A stretch of DNA of 57,456 bases from a virus. Taxonomy: Duplodnaviria; Caudoviricetes. Positions 31,761 to 41,181 of this stretch are shown one piece after another. The stretch is taken from positions 1-57,456 of IMG/VR virus record IMGVR_UViG_3300013004_000054; one strand, given 5' to 3'. Within the stretch, counting starts at the first letter, position 1, and each line of letters starts with the position of its first letter. A program made the position numbers and the translations under genes. Under the pieces are notes generated by a model. That model saw only the letters and a program-made list of their open reading frames with translations. It made no database searches and was not told where the DNA came from.

Positions 31761-32077
31761 GTCCACACCACCTGGGCTACGCCCAACCTTTCCAAATAAC
31801 TTTGACATTTCTTGCACGGCTTCGAATACGCAGGTGAACCATCAGCCGCAAGTCTTGCAACATAAACCAACGCGCCCTTGGCACGAGTCCCAGCAGCAAG
31901 AACGGCAGCAGCCTCAGCATGAATATGTGATCTACGCCAATGCGTTGTTGGGTCCGCTATTTTTTTGTTTGTTGCAGTTGCAATAATTCTCCCCCTAGAT
32001 ACCACGATACATCCGTGCCTGTATCGACACTTACTTTTTTGTGCAACCTCAAGAGCCATCTCAAGGTACCTGTTCAT
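31757..32077 (-). CDS. Minimal Zn-dependent cytidine/dCMP deaminase-fold protein
   Basis: HAE and SKPCKKC motifs; 106 aa. Confidence 0.8.
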   Translation of the reverse strand: MNRYLEMALEVAQKSKCRYRHGCIVVSRGRIIATATNKKIADPTTHWRRSHIHAEAAAVLAAGTRAKGALVYVARLAADGSPAYSKPCKKCQSYLERLGVAQVVWT

Positions 32078-33897
32078 TAGTACTTATCTCCCCATGTTTC
32101 AAGTGGACCGTCGATACCTGATGTAAGCGGGACGTCCCAACCTTCACGAGTTGTCATGCACTCTTTGACTATCTGCATAATCTCTTGAGCGTCCTTGCGC
32201 GGTGCATTAAGAACAATTTCGTCGTGCACTGGAACGATGAGAAGCTCGGTTAGATCTGCTTGGTCAAGTTTAACAAGGTTAGACTTGAAAACTTCAGCCG
32301 CGCCTCCTTGAATTAGATAGTTAACAAGAGTGTAAGCGCGGTCATCATCACATGGGAGACGTCGTCCTGTCCAAGTATAAACGTAACCTTGCCCTTCTGC
32401 CTTTAGACGACGCATACCGGCATCTTCTATTTGGCGTTGGAACAGTGCCATTCCAGGATAGCGTGTGTCAAACGCATCGGACACTTGACGCATCTGCATT
32501 TCTGGAACTCCAGCAGTTAAAGCTTGTTTTGAGACGCCTGCTCCGTAGAGACGACCATAGACAGTTCCCTTAATAAGATTACGACGTTTGTCTGACCGTT
32601 GCATCGTTGGGTCATTGTAGATTTCACGACCAATTTCCGTGAACGGATCCGACCCCGTTGCGTCCGCACGATTGAATAGTGTGATGAGGTTTGGATCTTT
32701 AGAGAGTGATGCGAACATTCTGAATTCAACCTGGTCAAGGTCTGAGGTGATGATGACGTGATCTTCGTCCTTTGGGATAAACGCGGTACGAACAGTAGCA
32801 TCACCTTTAGGCAAAGTCTGTAGCGCTGGATTCTGAATAGACATGCGTGATGTGCGTGCGCCAAGTGTCTTTACTGATGGATGAACAAAGCCGTTGACGT
32901 TATCGTTAAGAAAGTTTGCAAAGTACGTGTTTGCAAGTTTATCTGCCTTGCGCTGCTTTAGAACTGTATCCGCTAGATTCTTTACCTCGGCGTTTCCTTC
33001 AATTGAAAGAAGCTGTAGTTGATCCTTATCTGCAGACTTCTGACCTGACGGAGTAAGCGCTGTGATCTCAGCGCCAAGGCTCTCGAATAGTCTTACCAGT
33101 TGTATGTTACTTGTGATTGATACACCGTTGTATGTTTGTGCTGCCCAGGTCTTTACAGACTCGGCATAGGACGTTAGCTCGTCAAACTTTTTCTTAGAGT
33201 AGTCAAGGTCGATACGCGCGCCATTGATTTCCATACGAGTGACGATCTTACGTGCAGCCATTTCTAATTCGTAGGCACGATGGTACGGTTGCCCTGGACC
33301 ACATTTCTCCCAGAACTGTTCCCACAAGCGCATAGTTAACACAGTATCCAACGCGCCATAAGCCCAGTAAGGTTGGAAGTTAGTTGGAACAGTTCCCCAT
33401 GTCCAACCATTTGTTACAAGTGATACATCTAATGTTTCCTGCATTGCTGCAGCACGACTATCAACATACAAAGATGAAAGACGCTTTAGCGCACCGGAAC
33501 CAAGTGGATCAATGATGTGAGCCATAATCATTGTGTCATGTGAACGTCCCCAGGGCATCTGCCATGTTGAGTGAACATCAAACCAACGAGCCTCAAACGC
33601 AATGTTGTGACAAACTATAGGTCCATCAAACTTGTCCATTGCCTCATAAAACACGCCGGCCCATTCCTTCCAGGGAATTGCCCAGCCAGTCATGCCATCA
33701 CCAACTTGCACTAGGCGCAGTTGCCCGTGCCAAGGTGAAAGAGCGTCCTTACGTTCGCCACCAGGATTCTCACCTGTTTCAGTATCTATTGCAATCGCGT
33801 TGTGTGGACGGCGTTCTCCAAGCCAAGATATAAACTGATGTGCAGTTTCTACGTTGTCTACGAGATGCAGTTTAACGTCACTTAGTCCTTCAGTCAT
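32077..33897 (-). CDS. polA: DNA polymerase family A with 3'-5' exonuclease
   Basis: DTET ExoI, HNIAFE ExoII, Y...D ExoIII, SDLDQVEFR motif A, R...K...YG..YG motif B, VHDE motif C. Confidence 0.92.
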   Translation of the reverse strand: MTEGLSDVKLHLVDNVETAHQFISWLGERRPHNAIAIDTETGENPGGERKDALSPWHGQLRLVQVGDGMTGWAIPWKEWAGVFYEAMDKFDGPIVCHNIAFEARWFDVHSTWQMPWGRSHDTMIMAHIIDPLGSGALKRLSSLYVDSRAAAMQETLDVSLVTNGWTWGTVPTNFQPYWAYGALDTVLTMRLWEQFWEKCGPGQPYHRAYELEMAARKIVTRMEINGARIDLDYSKKKFDELTSYAESVKTWAAQTYNGVSITSNIQLVRLFESLGAEITALTPSGQKSADKDQLQLLSIEGNAEVKNLADTVLKQRKADKLANTYFANFLNDNVNGFVHPSVKTLGARTSRMSIQNPALQTLPKGDATVRTAFIPKDEDHVIITSDLDQVEFRMFASLSKDPNLITLFNRADATGSDPFTEIGREIYNDPTMQRSDKRRNLIKGTVYGRLYGAGVSKQALTAGVPEMQMRQVSDAFDTRYPGMALFQRQIEDAGMRRLKAEGQGYVYTWTGRRLPCDDDRAYTLVNYLIQGGAAEVFKSNLVKLDQADLTELLIVPVHDEIVLNAPRKDAQEIMQIVKECMTTREGWDVPLTSGIDGPLETWGDKY

Positions 33898-34360
33898 TTA
33901 GAATCGTCACCTCAATGTTACAGTTTTTAAGATACTCAATTGTTGCTTCCGGCTTACGGTGCGCGGCGGTACTACTGACACGCATAACAACTCGATGTAC
34001 TCCTGAGTTTGACACAAGCTTTGCACACTGCATACACGCAACATCAGTGATGTATATTGTTCCGCCTTCAATACGAGAACGGTCAACATACATGAGTGCA
34101 TTAGCCTCAGCATGAATGGACGGGCAAGCGTCATAAACGTTGTCCAATGGAGCAACACCTTGTGCCCGTGGACACCAGCTAATACAATCACCTTCAACCT
34201 CAAGTGTTGCTGCTGGTCCGTTATAACCGGTAGAGGCTATTCGTTGATTAGCTGAAACGATAACCGCGCCAATTTGCGCACGAGAACAGCGTGAACGACA
34301 TGCAATAGTGTCTGCAATAGTCATCCACGTTGTATCCCAAGATGGCCTAATCTGTGCCAT
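33890..34360 (-). CDS. dCMP deaminase
   Basis: RS.C.R.Q.GA, TGYNG, HAE.NA, C..C motifs. Confidence 0.88.
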   Translation of the reverse strand: MAQIRPSWDTTWMTIADTIACRSRCSRAQIGAVIVSANQRIASTGYNGPAATLEVEGDCISWCPRAQGVAPLDNVYDACPSIHAEANALMYVDRSRIEGGTIYITDVACMQCAKLVSNSGVHRVVMRVSSTAAHRKPEATIEYLKNCNIEVTILND

Positions 34361-34368
34361 TTGCTTGC

Positions 34369-35247
34369 CTACTTTTCTTCAGCTTCTTGCTTTTCAGCTG
34401 CTTTTCTTTTATTACTTTCAATAGATGAAACCATTGCGCGAGTGTACCATTCTTCGTCACCTGTAAGTCTCATTGTTGCAGTTAGATCAGTCACCGCGTC
34501 GAGTGCAAGAAGAGCAGACGACTGAACCTCGCGCCAAGAGCGTCCAGTAATGTAAGGAATTGGTTCCATCTCCTTCGCGTACTTAAGAGTATTCGCTGCC
34601 TCATAGTTATTTTCATAGATGTGCAATGAACCAACGTGGTGAGCGTATGTTCCAGGCTCGATACCAAGAACTGATGCCACCGCAAGTTGAACGCGGGTAA
34701 ACTGGAAGAAGTCATAAGCAGCACCAAGCCAAACATCGTTTGAGCGCATGTACACGCTCATGTTAAGCTTATTATTGCGAATTCTAAACTGATGAAGAAT
34801 CGTGCACGGATAGTCGCGCTTTCCAGGTTGCAGATCAAACTGTGGGTTCCAAATAGTAACAACAGCCTGTCGCGTGTCTGGGTCTTTCTTTAGGCGACCA
34901 ATTACTGTGTCAAACTGATTAGCTGTGCGAAGACCGTATGCACCGTGAAACAAACCGTTGTCCTCGGCGTAGTTAGCAAACTGCGGTCCAATTGCAACCA
35001 CAAGCCCTGGGTAACTTGTACCAGACAGAAGCTGGCAAGCCTCAACCGCACCAATACCAGGCACAGCTCCACGACCTACGCCTAACGGTAAGGTGTCATA
35101 GATATTATCTATATGAATTACCGCGTCCTCAATCTCAAGTGTCTTAAGACCGCGTGGAGCGACCTCTACACCGTTGTTTAAGACGTGCTTTACAAGATCA
35201 ACGTAACCGTTAACCCCGTCCTTTAGCTCGATTACCGAAGCGCCCAT
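34369..35247 (-). CDS. Thymidylate synthase homolog, probable dCMP hydroxymethylase/methylase
   Basis: AYG.R, D..TRQAV, DYPC, MRSND..LG..YD (Asp at the substrate-specificity site), GSLHIY. Confidence 0.8.
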   Translation of the reverse strand: MGASVIELKDGVNGYVDLVKHVLNNGVEVAPRGLKTLEIEDAVIHIDNIYDTLPLGVGRGAVPGIGAVEACQLLSGTSYPGLVVAIGPQFANYAEDNGLFHGAYGLRTANQFDTVIGRLKKDPDTRQAVVTIWNPQFDLQPGKRDYPCTILHQFRIRNNKLNMSVYMRSNDVWLGAAYDFFQFTRVQLAVASVLGIEPGTYAHHVGSLHIYENNYEAANTLKYAKEMEPIPYITGRSWREVQSSALLALDAVTDLTATMRLTGDEEWYTRAMVSSIESNKRKAAEKQEAEEK

Positions 35248-36233
35248 TTGTCCTCCTTGTTTGGGTTTGTTGTATTTCTTTTAATTGCCTCGCCATACTC
35301 TGTCTTATCGCGATTGTGAAATCTGCGAACGTACTGTGGGTGAGGCAAAACTACGTCCGGTGTTACTCCTTGTGATTCCATTCCTTTTGCCGCAAGGCGA
35401 CCAAGAGCTATGGTTGTCGGTGAGTTAAGCGCAGTGTGAAGGGCGCTAAATGAACCATTCATGTCGTTGACGTTTACTATACCGACTGTCTTCCAAAACT
35501 CTGAAGGTAAGGCCGTAAGCAAGAACTCGCCAGAGTTACCATCAACCGGCATGAAAGGTAGATGGGTTTCTACGCCATACTTCTTTACGATGTTTCTGCA
35601 ATCACCAACAAGTAGAACCTCTGGCTCAAGTGAACCGATGTACTCTGGGAAAGAAACAAGTTTCTTGACTCTTTCGGAATTTAACGAGGCTGTATCAACA
35701 ACGCGCCTTGCAAGATCTGTTATGCCATCAAGACTATCGGCCTCTGGTTTAAGAATATCAGTAAGATTTGACACAACAGCGGCAGCGTTATACTGGTCAA
35801 GTATCTCACTAAGTTCGTTAACGTTGACAAAGTCGTCGCCGCGACTTGATAGACGAGACTGAATAACATCGAGAGGTTGATACAACCAAAATTGAGATAT
35901 ACCACGTGATTTCATGAAGAGCTCTGTCCATCGCCAGCCAGCTCTACCTAGTAAACCGTACCCATCATTATTCGTGTGAGGGCGTTTTAACGGTGCATAC
36001 GTAATCTCACCCCAGTGCCAACGATCTGATAGCGCGTTATTACGCGTCCAATCAACGGACTCAATTGACGTAACATAGTCGTTTAACACCCAACGACGAG
36101 TTTCCTCGCCTGGGCGACCTTTATGGAACTTCTGCAGATCACTTGACGGGTAGCGAGATCTAATCTCAGCATCAATAGCCTCGATTAGAGACGTTTTTCC
36201 AGAAGCGTCTGTACCTTCAATAACTATAAACAT
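35232..36233 (-). CDS. dNMP (thymidylate-like) kinase fused to a UDG-superfamily-like domain
   Basis: IEGTDASGKT P-loop, DRW, RL..RGD. C-terminal VLLVGD, PF...SG.FL, IALGR.A, LPHPQY. Confidence 0.75.
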   Translation of the reverse strand: MFIVIEGTDASGKTSLIEAIDAEIRSRYPSSDLQKFHKGRPGEETRRWVLNDYVTSIESVDWTRNNALSDRWHWGEITYAPLKRPHTNNDGYGLLGRAGWRWTELFMKSRGISQFWLYQPLDVIQSRLSSRGDDFVNVNELSEILDQYNAAAVVSNLTDILKPEADSLDGITDLARRVVDTASLNSERVKKLVSFPEYIGSLEPEVLLVGDCRNIVKKYGVETHLPFMPVDGNSGEFLLTALPSEFWKTVGIVNVNDMNGSFSALHTALNSPTTIALGRLAAKGMESQGVTPDVVLPHPQYVRRFHNRDKTEYGEAIKRNTTNPNKEDKWALR

Positions 36234-36260
36234 TGCGTCCTTTGTCCTTAAGTAAATGTA

Positions 36261-36269
36261 ATTATAACA
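36261..36269 (-). promoter_or_regulatory. Extended -10 promoter TGTTATAAT for the nucleotide-metabolism/replication operon
   Basis: Perfect TGnTATAAT about 28 nt upstream of ATG 36233. Confidence 0.6.
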
Positions 36270-36281
36270 CGTAAAGTATCT

Positions 36282-36761
36282 TTATGGAATAACCTCAACA
36301 CTATAGATTTTCTGGATTCCTTTGTCAATTGGAGCAGCTTGCTCGAGTAATCTCTCTGCAACCTTTGTCAGATAGCGAGCGCCACCTTGGTCATATTTAT
36401 AGAGAGCCTCGAGTACGGCATCGGGCTCTTCAGATACCTGTGCCCAATAACGATTAGTCTCAGGAAACGCAACCGGAAGATCCGCTGGATCATCAGGTGG
36501 TCTGCACGTATCGCAAGGCAGTGCGTCATCAACAATGTCTGTCGAAGGGACTTCACGAAGTCCGTATCGTTTCACAAGAGGACAAGCAGCAGTGTGGTAG
36601 ATAAGTGATACGCCTACGCGTGAAAGAATATATGAGCCGTTCTCTGTTCGGTATAGCTCAAATTCAATCCAGCGCGTAGACCCTGCTCGCCAAGATGATG
36701 ACTTCGCAAGAAGTTTACCGTTGAACTGAAGTACTCGTGTTCCGTCCTTTACCTCAAACAC
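36282..36761 (-). CDS. Hypothetical phage protein
   Basis: 159-aa ORF with GGAG RBS; RW.E..LYRT..G.Y pattern. Confidence 0.65.
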   Translation of the reverse strand: MFEVKDGTRVLQFNGKLLAKSSSWRAGSTRWIEFELYRTENGSYILSRVGVSLIYHTAACPLVKRYGLREVPSTDIVDDALPCDTCRPPDDPADLPVAFPETNRYWAQVSEEPDAVLEALYKYDQGGARYLTKVAERLLEQAAPIDKGIQKIYSVEVIP

Positions 36762-36966
36762 TTTGTTCTCCGTCCGTTGTAAATCTAACTACGTCTAATT
36801 CCCTACTATTATTATTTTCGGCGTCTTCTTGCTGAAGCTCAGTTAGTCTGGCCATCGCGTATGGCCATTGAATGTCTAGCAGTGTTTCAACTATATCCCC
36901 AGTAGACGTGTCAATCACGCGAAAATTAAACTTTGGTCTAAGCTCAATTGGTATTTCCTCACCCAT
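36754..36966 (-). CDS. Hypothetical protein (70 aa)
   Basis: Tightly packed between the tail fibre gene and 36761. Confidence 0.6.
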   Translation of the reverse strand: MGEEIPIELRPKFNFRVIDTSTGDIVETLLDIQWPYAMARLTELQQEDAENNNSRELDVVRFTTDGEQSV

Positions 36967-36969
36967 AAT

Positions 36970-39159
36970 TTATCCTTCCATCTCTTGTATACGTGCCTCT
37001 AGCGAGACAACCTTTTCTGATAGTTCCTGTATTGCCTTTACTATGGGAGAGATAAACTCTGTGTAACGCAAAAATTGACTAGAATCCGGGTCACTTGGGT
37101 CAGCGATAACCCACCCACCAAAGTCGTCAACAAACCTTGGGTACGTTTCCTTGATCTCCTGAGCGATGAACCCGTAGTGCGGACGTGTTCCAGGTACAGA
37201 AGTATAAGTTTGCTCGCCGTTCTCATCGACAATCGCTGAACCATCCTCATTAACGTGCGGGACGTTATGGGAAAGAGTTCTTCTAAACTTAACTGGTCGA
37301 AGTGCGTTAACAAACTCTAAACCTAGAGGTGAAAGTTCAATGTCAGTTTTTCCACGAGCGTCAGAGGTGTTGATTGTTGTGTCTTGCGCATATACAGAAT
37401 TCCACGGTCTACTTGACTGACCAACACTTAGAGAGTTTGCAACGTTAGGGCTCCAGTTGGATGTAACGCCATAACCAGCAGAGATTGATACCGTGCTGCC
37501 AATTGAAAGAACGCTAACGCTAAGTGTTCCACCAGAGTGTGAATCACTCACGTTCGAGCGCAAGTAACCGCCAGCACCAATACTGCCAAGAAACGAAGCA
37601 GAGTTTGCGGTGGCAACCGTACCGGTAATTGTTCCAGACACTGACAGGTTTCCACCAACCACTGCGCTACCACCACAGCGAAGTTGTCCAGTGGCGTTTA
37701 CCGAGCCACCAACTTCAACGGCGTATGTGCTATTGTTTGTGTCAATCTGAAAACGGTTCGTTGGATCTGTAAGGTTAATTCTCGTTGAAATAGCGTTATT
37801 TTGATACCTCATGCGCAAACCGTTGATTGCGGTAAGTTCTACAAGGTCGTTTAGAGAGTCTTTCATTCTAAAGAAAGGAGAAGAGCTAGCATTAACTTCA
37901 AGATCAAGACCATATACGCTGGAACCAGCGGAGTACAGGTTTCTTGCAGTGATGTTTCCAGCTGTAAGGTTATCAGCGTTTAGACTTGTAACAGAAATCA
38001 CCGCAGCGTTGATGGAACCAGCGTTGATCTTGTCCGCGCTAAGATCAGAGATCTTTGCGTTTGTAATCGCGCCGTTTTCAATCTTTGCGTTCGTGACAGA
38101 GTTTGATGCAAGATCATTCGCGTCAACAAGTCCGGTTGCAGTAAACGATGTAGCTGTAACTGTTCCTGAAAATGATGCTGTCCCGTCAGTGTTAATCGAC
38201 ACCGTAGTTGTGCCGCCACTGTCAATAGCACGAAGCCCGCTAGTGTTCAGAACTACCTTGCTTGTGCCACCAGCGCTTGTTTGAACTGTCGCACCGGTAA
38301 TCGTCTTACCATCAACTGAATCAGCCGAAAGTTTTACGCCAGTGATAGTTCCAGCAGTGATAACACTTGCGTTAATTGTATTAGCTGAAAAACGATCTGT
38401 TGTAATAGTTCCAGCAGTAATCTTCGCCGCATCAAGAGAGTTAGCTTGAATTCGATCCGCGGCAAGAAAACCAGTTGAGATCTTTCCAGCATCAAGGTTT
38501 GCAATCGCCGCGTTACCTAAACCGTACTGAGCCCACGTAGAACCATCCCAGCGGGAAATACGGTTATCGTTTGCAGTATCAAACCAAAGATCACCAACAG
38601 CAAAACCACCAGTAGGCGCTGTCGGTTGCGTGCCTTGACGATAAACCTTATTCTTACCATCAGCCGTGCTTTGTGCTGCAATCGCTGCCGCGTTAGCTGT
38701 TGCAGCCGCGTTAATACCAGCGTTAGCTGCAGCTTGCGCAACGGCGATAGTTGCATCACGCACTGAGGTCCATGCTGTACCGTCATACTGGTACATCTTG
38801 TTGCTATCATCAGTGTCAAACCAAACGTCACCAGTATTTGGGCTTACTGGTTGCCCGTTTTGACGATACGAGGTACTTCCGCCGATGTCACCAGCGGCAA
38901 AGTTAATTTCATTCGTTGTAACAGAGCCGGGTTGAATCTGAATAGTACCAACCGCGTTCTCAGCAATTGTTATCTCTGTGACCGCGTTATCAGCAATCTT
39001 TGCTGTGGTTACCGTTTTAGCGTAAAGCTTCTCGGTTGTAACAGCACGCGGCTTAAGACGAGTTTTTGATGTTCTCTTCTCAACATAGCGAAGACGCTTC
39101 TGAAGTTGATCAACTGTCTTATTTAGCGTTTTACGCGCACGGAATCTTCTACTGGCCAA
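36970..39159 (-). CDS. Tail fibre/spike with C-terminal intramolecular chaperone (peptidase S74)
   Basis: TSDAR.K..I, L.PV.F, GFIAQE, Y......VKAIQEL. Also two GD.WFDT...DG..W modules and A.KI.AG.I repeats. Confidence 0.85.
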   Translation of the reverse strand: MASRRFRARKTLNKTVDQLQKRLRYVEKRTSKTRLKPRAVTTEKLYAKTVTTAKIADNAVTEITIAENAVGTIQIQPGSVTTNEINFAAGDIGGSTSYRQNGQPVSPNTGDVWFDTDDSNKMYQYDGTAWTSVRDATIAVAQAAANAGINAAATANAAAIAAQSTADGKNKVYRQGTQPTAPTGGFAVGDLWFDTANDNRISRWDGSTWAQYGLGNAAIANLDAGKISTGFLAADRIQANSLDAAKITAGTITTDRFSANTINASVITAGTITGVKLSADSVDGKTITGATVQTSAGGTSKVVLNTSGLRAIDSGGTTTVSINTDGTASFSGTVTATSFTATGLVDANDLASNSVTNAKIENGAITNAKISDLSADKINAGSINAAVISVTSLNADNLTAGNITARNLYSAGSSVYGLDLEVNASSSPFFRMKDSLNDLVELTAINGLRMRYQNNAISTRINLTDPTNRFQIDTNNSTYAVEVGGSVNATGQLRCGGSAVVGGNLSVSGTITGTVATANSASFLGSIGAGGYLRSNVSDSHSGGTLSVSVLSIGSTVSISAGYGVTSNWSPNVANSLSVGQSSRPWNSVYAQDTTINTSDARGKTDIELSPLGLEFVNALRPVKFRRTLSHNVPHVNEDGSAIVDENGEQTYTSVPGTRPHYGFIAQEIKETYPRFVDDFGGWVIADPSDPDSSQFLRYTEFISPIVKAIQELSEKVVSLEARIQEMEG

Positions 39160-41131
39160 CTTTATCCACCAACCATTCTGCCACTAGATCAAGAGTTACC
39201 TTTTCAGGGAACGAAGGAGCGTCAGGCACTGACACCTTTATCTTGTCGATCTTACGAACAATAACTGTGTCACGAGGCTCAAGATCAGACGCTAAACGCA
39301 TACGAACGAACTCATCATCAACGATAATTGAGCACCAGTCACCAGGTGCATATGTGCCAACAACTGGTTGAAGGCTTCCGTTAACATCTACCTTGATGTC
39401 CGCGATAGGTGGACGGTGTTCTTCAAGATAACGCTTAGCCTGCGCGTAAAGAAGTTCTTCATCCTCAATGTCAGAGCGAGTTTCTTCCTGGTCGATGATA
39501 GGCCAGCCTGCTTGCAGTAGTTCAGTTGCAGCAGCAGCTGCGTAAGGTTCACTTGCATCCTCGCCTAGACCAGGTAGCTTTCCAACTACCCAGAAGCGTG
39601 TTGCAGCCTCGTCTGATGATTCATCAATTGTGACATCAGTAATGTTTCCCGGATACTCGAACACGAGCTGATCCGCGCCAAAACGACTAATCGGTGAAAC
39701 CTGTCCAGGCGCTGGAGGGTTTGGGAAGTCAATAGGAATCAAAACAAACTGACGAGAGAATGATGAAGTCTCAGCATCGTAGTAGCAGTCAACACGATAC
39801 TCAAAACCTTCTAACGCATCAGAGTATTCATCAAGCTCTTCACCAGCGTTACGTAACTCAAAGCCGCGATACAGCTTGTTAGCAACGTTCACTCCGCTGT
39901 AGTCCTCAGTGGAATACTCAATCTGTATGTCAGAGTTTGCGGGGAATGGTCCATACGTGCTAGAGATCACTACAGGTATAACCTGCGCAGTTGCACCAGC
40001 GGGAGCCGCAGTAACAGCTACATCTTCTCCAGCCACCGCAAAACTAAATGTATTTGCAGTTACTGAAGTGATTACCTGCGTACCATCAAAAATATACGAC
40101 GTGCCAGCAGGGTCGTCTACTCCAGAAATAACAGCAGCTTGGCCAACCGAGAAACCGTGCGCAGCGCTTGTAGTAAGAGTTGCAGTATAGACTTCAATCT
40201 TCTTCTGTGTAACAGTTCTTACCGGACTTGACACCGCTGTTGATGCTACGTTTGAGCCGGTAGTTTCGTACCTAAAGGTACTAGTCGTAGGAGTACTTGT
40301 GATAATAAAACTTCCGTCAAACGGGGACCCAAGATTGTCAATTGTAACTACTTGACCAGCAGAAAGATCGTGCGTCGTGTTTGTTGTAATTGTTGCAATG
40401 TTGTTTGATAAAGCCTTGTTTGAGATTTGCACGCCAACTGAAAGACCTGGTTCAATTTCATCGTTTGGAAAAGCAATTCCAGTAAAGTCGATAAGAATAT
40501 CATCAAGTAACTGACGAATGTAGTCATAGGTGTCAGTTCGCACCGTGATTGTTGTCAGTACATAAGTGCCATTCGGAATACCAACTGAGAATCTAAAAGT
40601 AGAATCTGTAGGAGCAGGGCTAGCCAAAATCGTGTAGTACCCATTGTAAGTAAAATTGTCAACCTCATAGAACTCTACAAGAACTGAAGAACCAGCAGAG
40701 AAAGGAAACGTGTAACCATTATCAAGTGTTGCAGTGGCAACTCCGCCAGAGACAACTACCGTTGCACCATAATCATGCGTCCATGTTTTCCAGATGTTGC
40801 GATGGTGGAAATAGCTTGTGAATTCGTTTGCGCCGATGCTTAATGAGCGCTCTTTAACGTTATATGAGCGTGACCAGATAATTCCGCCCCACACGCACTC
40901 GCCGTCACGAACAACGTAAAGACCTGTTCTGCCTGGCATAGTGTTGTCGTATAAATCCATGCTGTTTGTGTTAGGTATCACTGGAATAGTTCCACCAAAC
41001 GCGCCTGCGCCTTTAATGGCTCTTTCATACGATACACCTGTGAATGGGATCTCAGCAAGAAGAGTGTTTGTTAAAAGATCAGTCGTAAAATACCGATAGG
41101 TAGGTACAAGTGTGTCAACTACAATTGCCAT
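39149..41131 (-). CDS. Minor tail (hub/ReqiPepy6 gp37-like) protein with three FCCH-like insertions
   Basis: Position after Dit; RDG..VWGGIIW.R, FEYPGNI and Y.PGD motifs. Confidence 0.75.
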   Translation of the reverse strand: MAIVVDTLVPTYRYFTTDLLTNTLLAEIPFTGVSYERAIKGAGAFGGTIPVIPNTNSMDLYDNTMPGRTGLYVVRDGECVWGGIIWSRSYNVKERSLSIGANEFTSYFHHRNIWKTWTHDYGATVVVSGGVATATLDNGYTFPFSAGSSVLVEFYEVDNFTYNGYYTILASPAPTDSTFRFSVGIPNGTYVLTTITVRTDTYDYIRQLLDDILIDFTGIAFPNDEIEPGLSVGVQISNKALSNNIATITTNTTHDLSAGQVVTIDNLGSPFDGSFIITSTPTTSTFRYETTGSNVASTAVSSPVRTVTQKKIEVYTATLTTSAAHGFSVGQAAVISGVDDPAGTSYIFDGTQVITSVTANTFSFAVAGEDVAVTAAPAGATAQVIPVVISSTYGPFPANSDIQIEYSTEDYSGVNVANKLYRGFELRNAGEELDEYSDALEGFEYRVDCYYDAETSSFSRQFVLIPIDFPNPPAPGQVSPISRFGADQLVFEYPGNITDVTIDESSDEAATRFWVVGKLPGLGEDASEPYAAAAATELLQAGWPIIDQEETRSDIEDEELLYAQAKRYLEEHRPPIADIKVDVNGSLQPVVGTYAPGDWCSIIVDDEFVRMRLASDLEPRDTVIVRKIDKIKVSVPDAPSFPEKVTLDLVAEWLVDKVGQ

Positions 41132-41172
41132 GTCATTTAACCCTATGTCTAGTCGTCAACGTCGTTGGTAAC

Positions 41173-41181
41173 ATTGTATCA
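41173..41181 (-). promoter_or_regulatory. Extended -10 promoter TGATACAAT
   Basis: TGn-TACAAT in the gap upstream of 41131. Confidence 0.5.

Noticed and set aside
34369-35247. Canonical thyA call
   Set aside because: Asp at the specificity position and the gene context argue against ordinary dUMP methylation, so the symbol is withheld.
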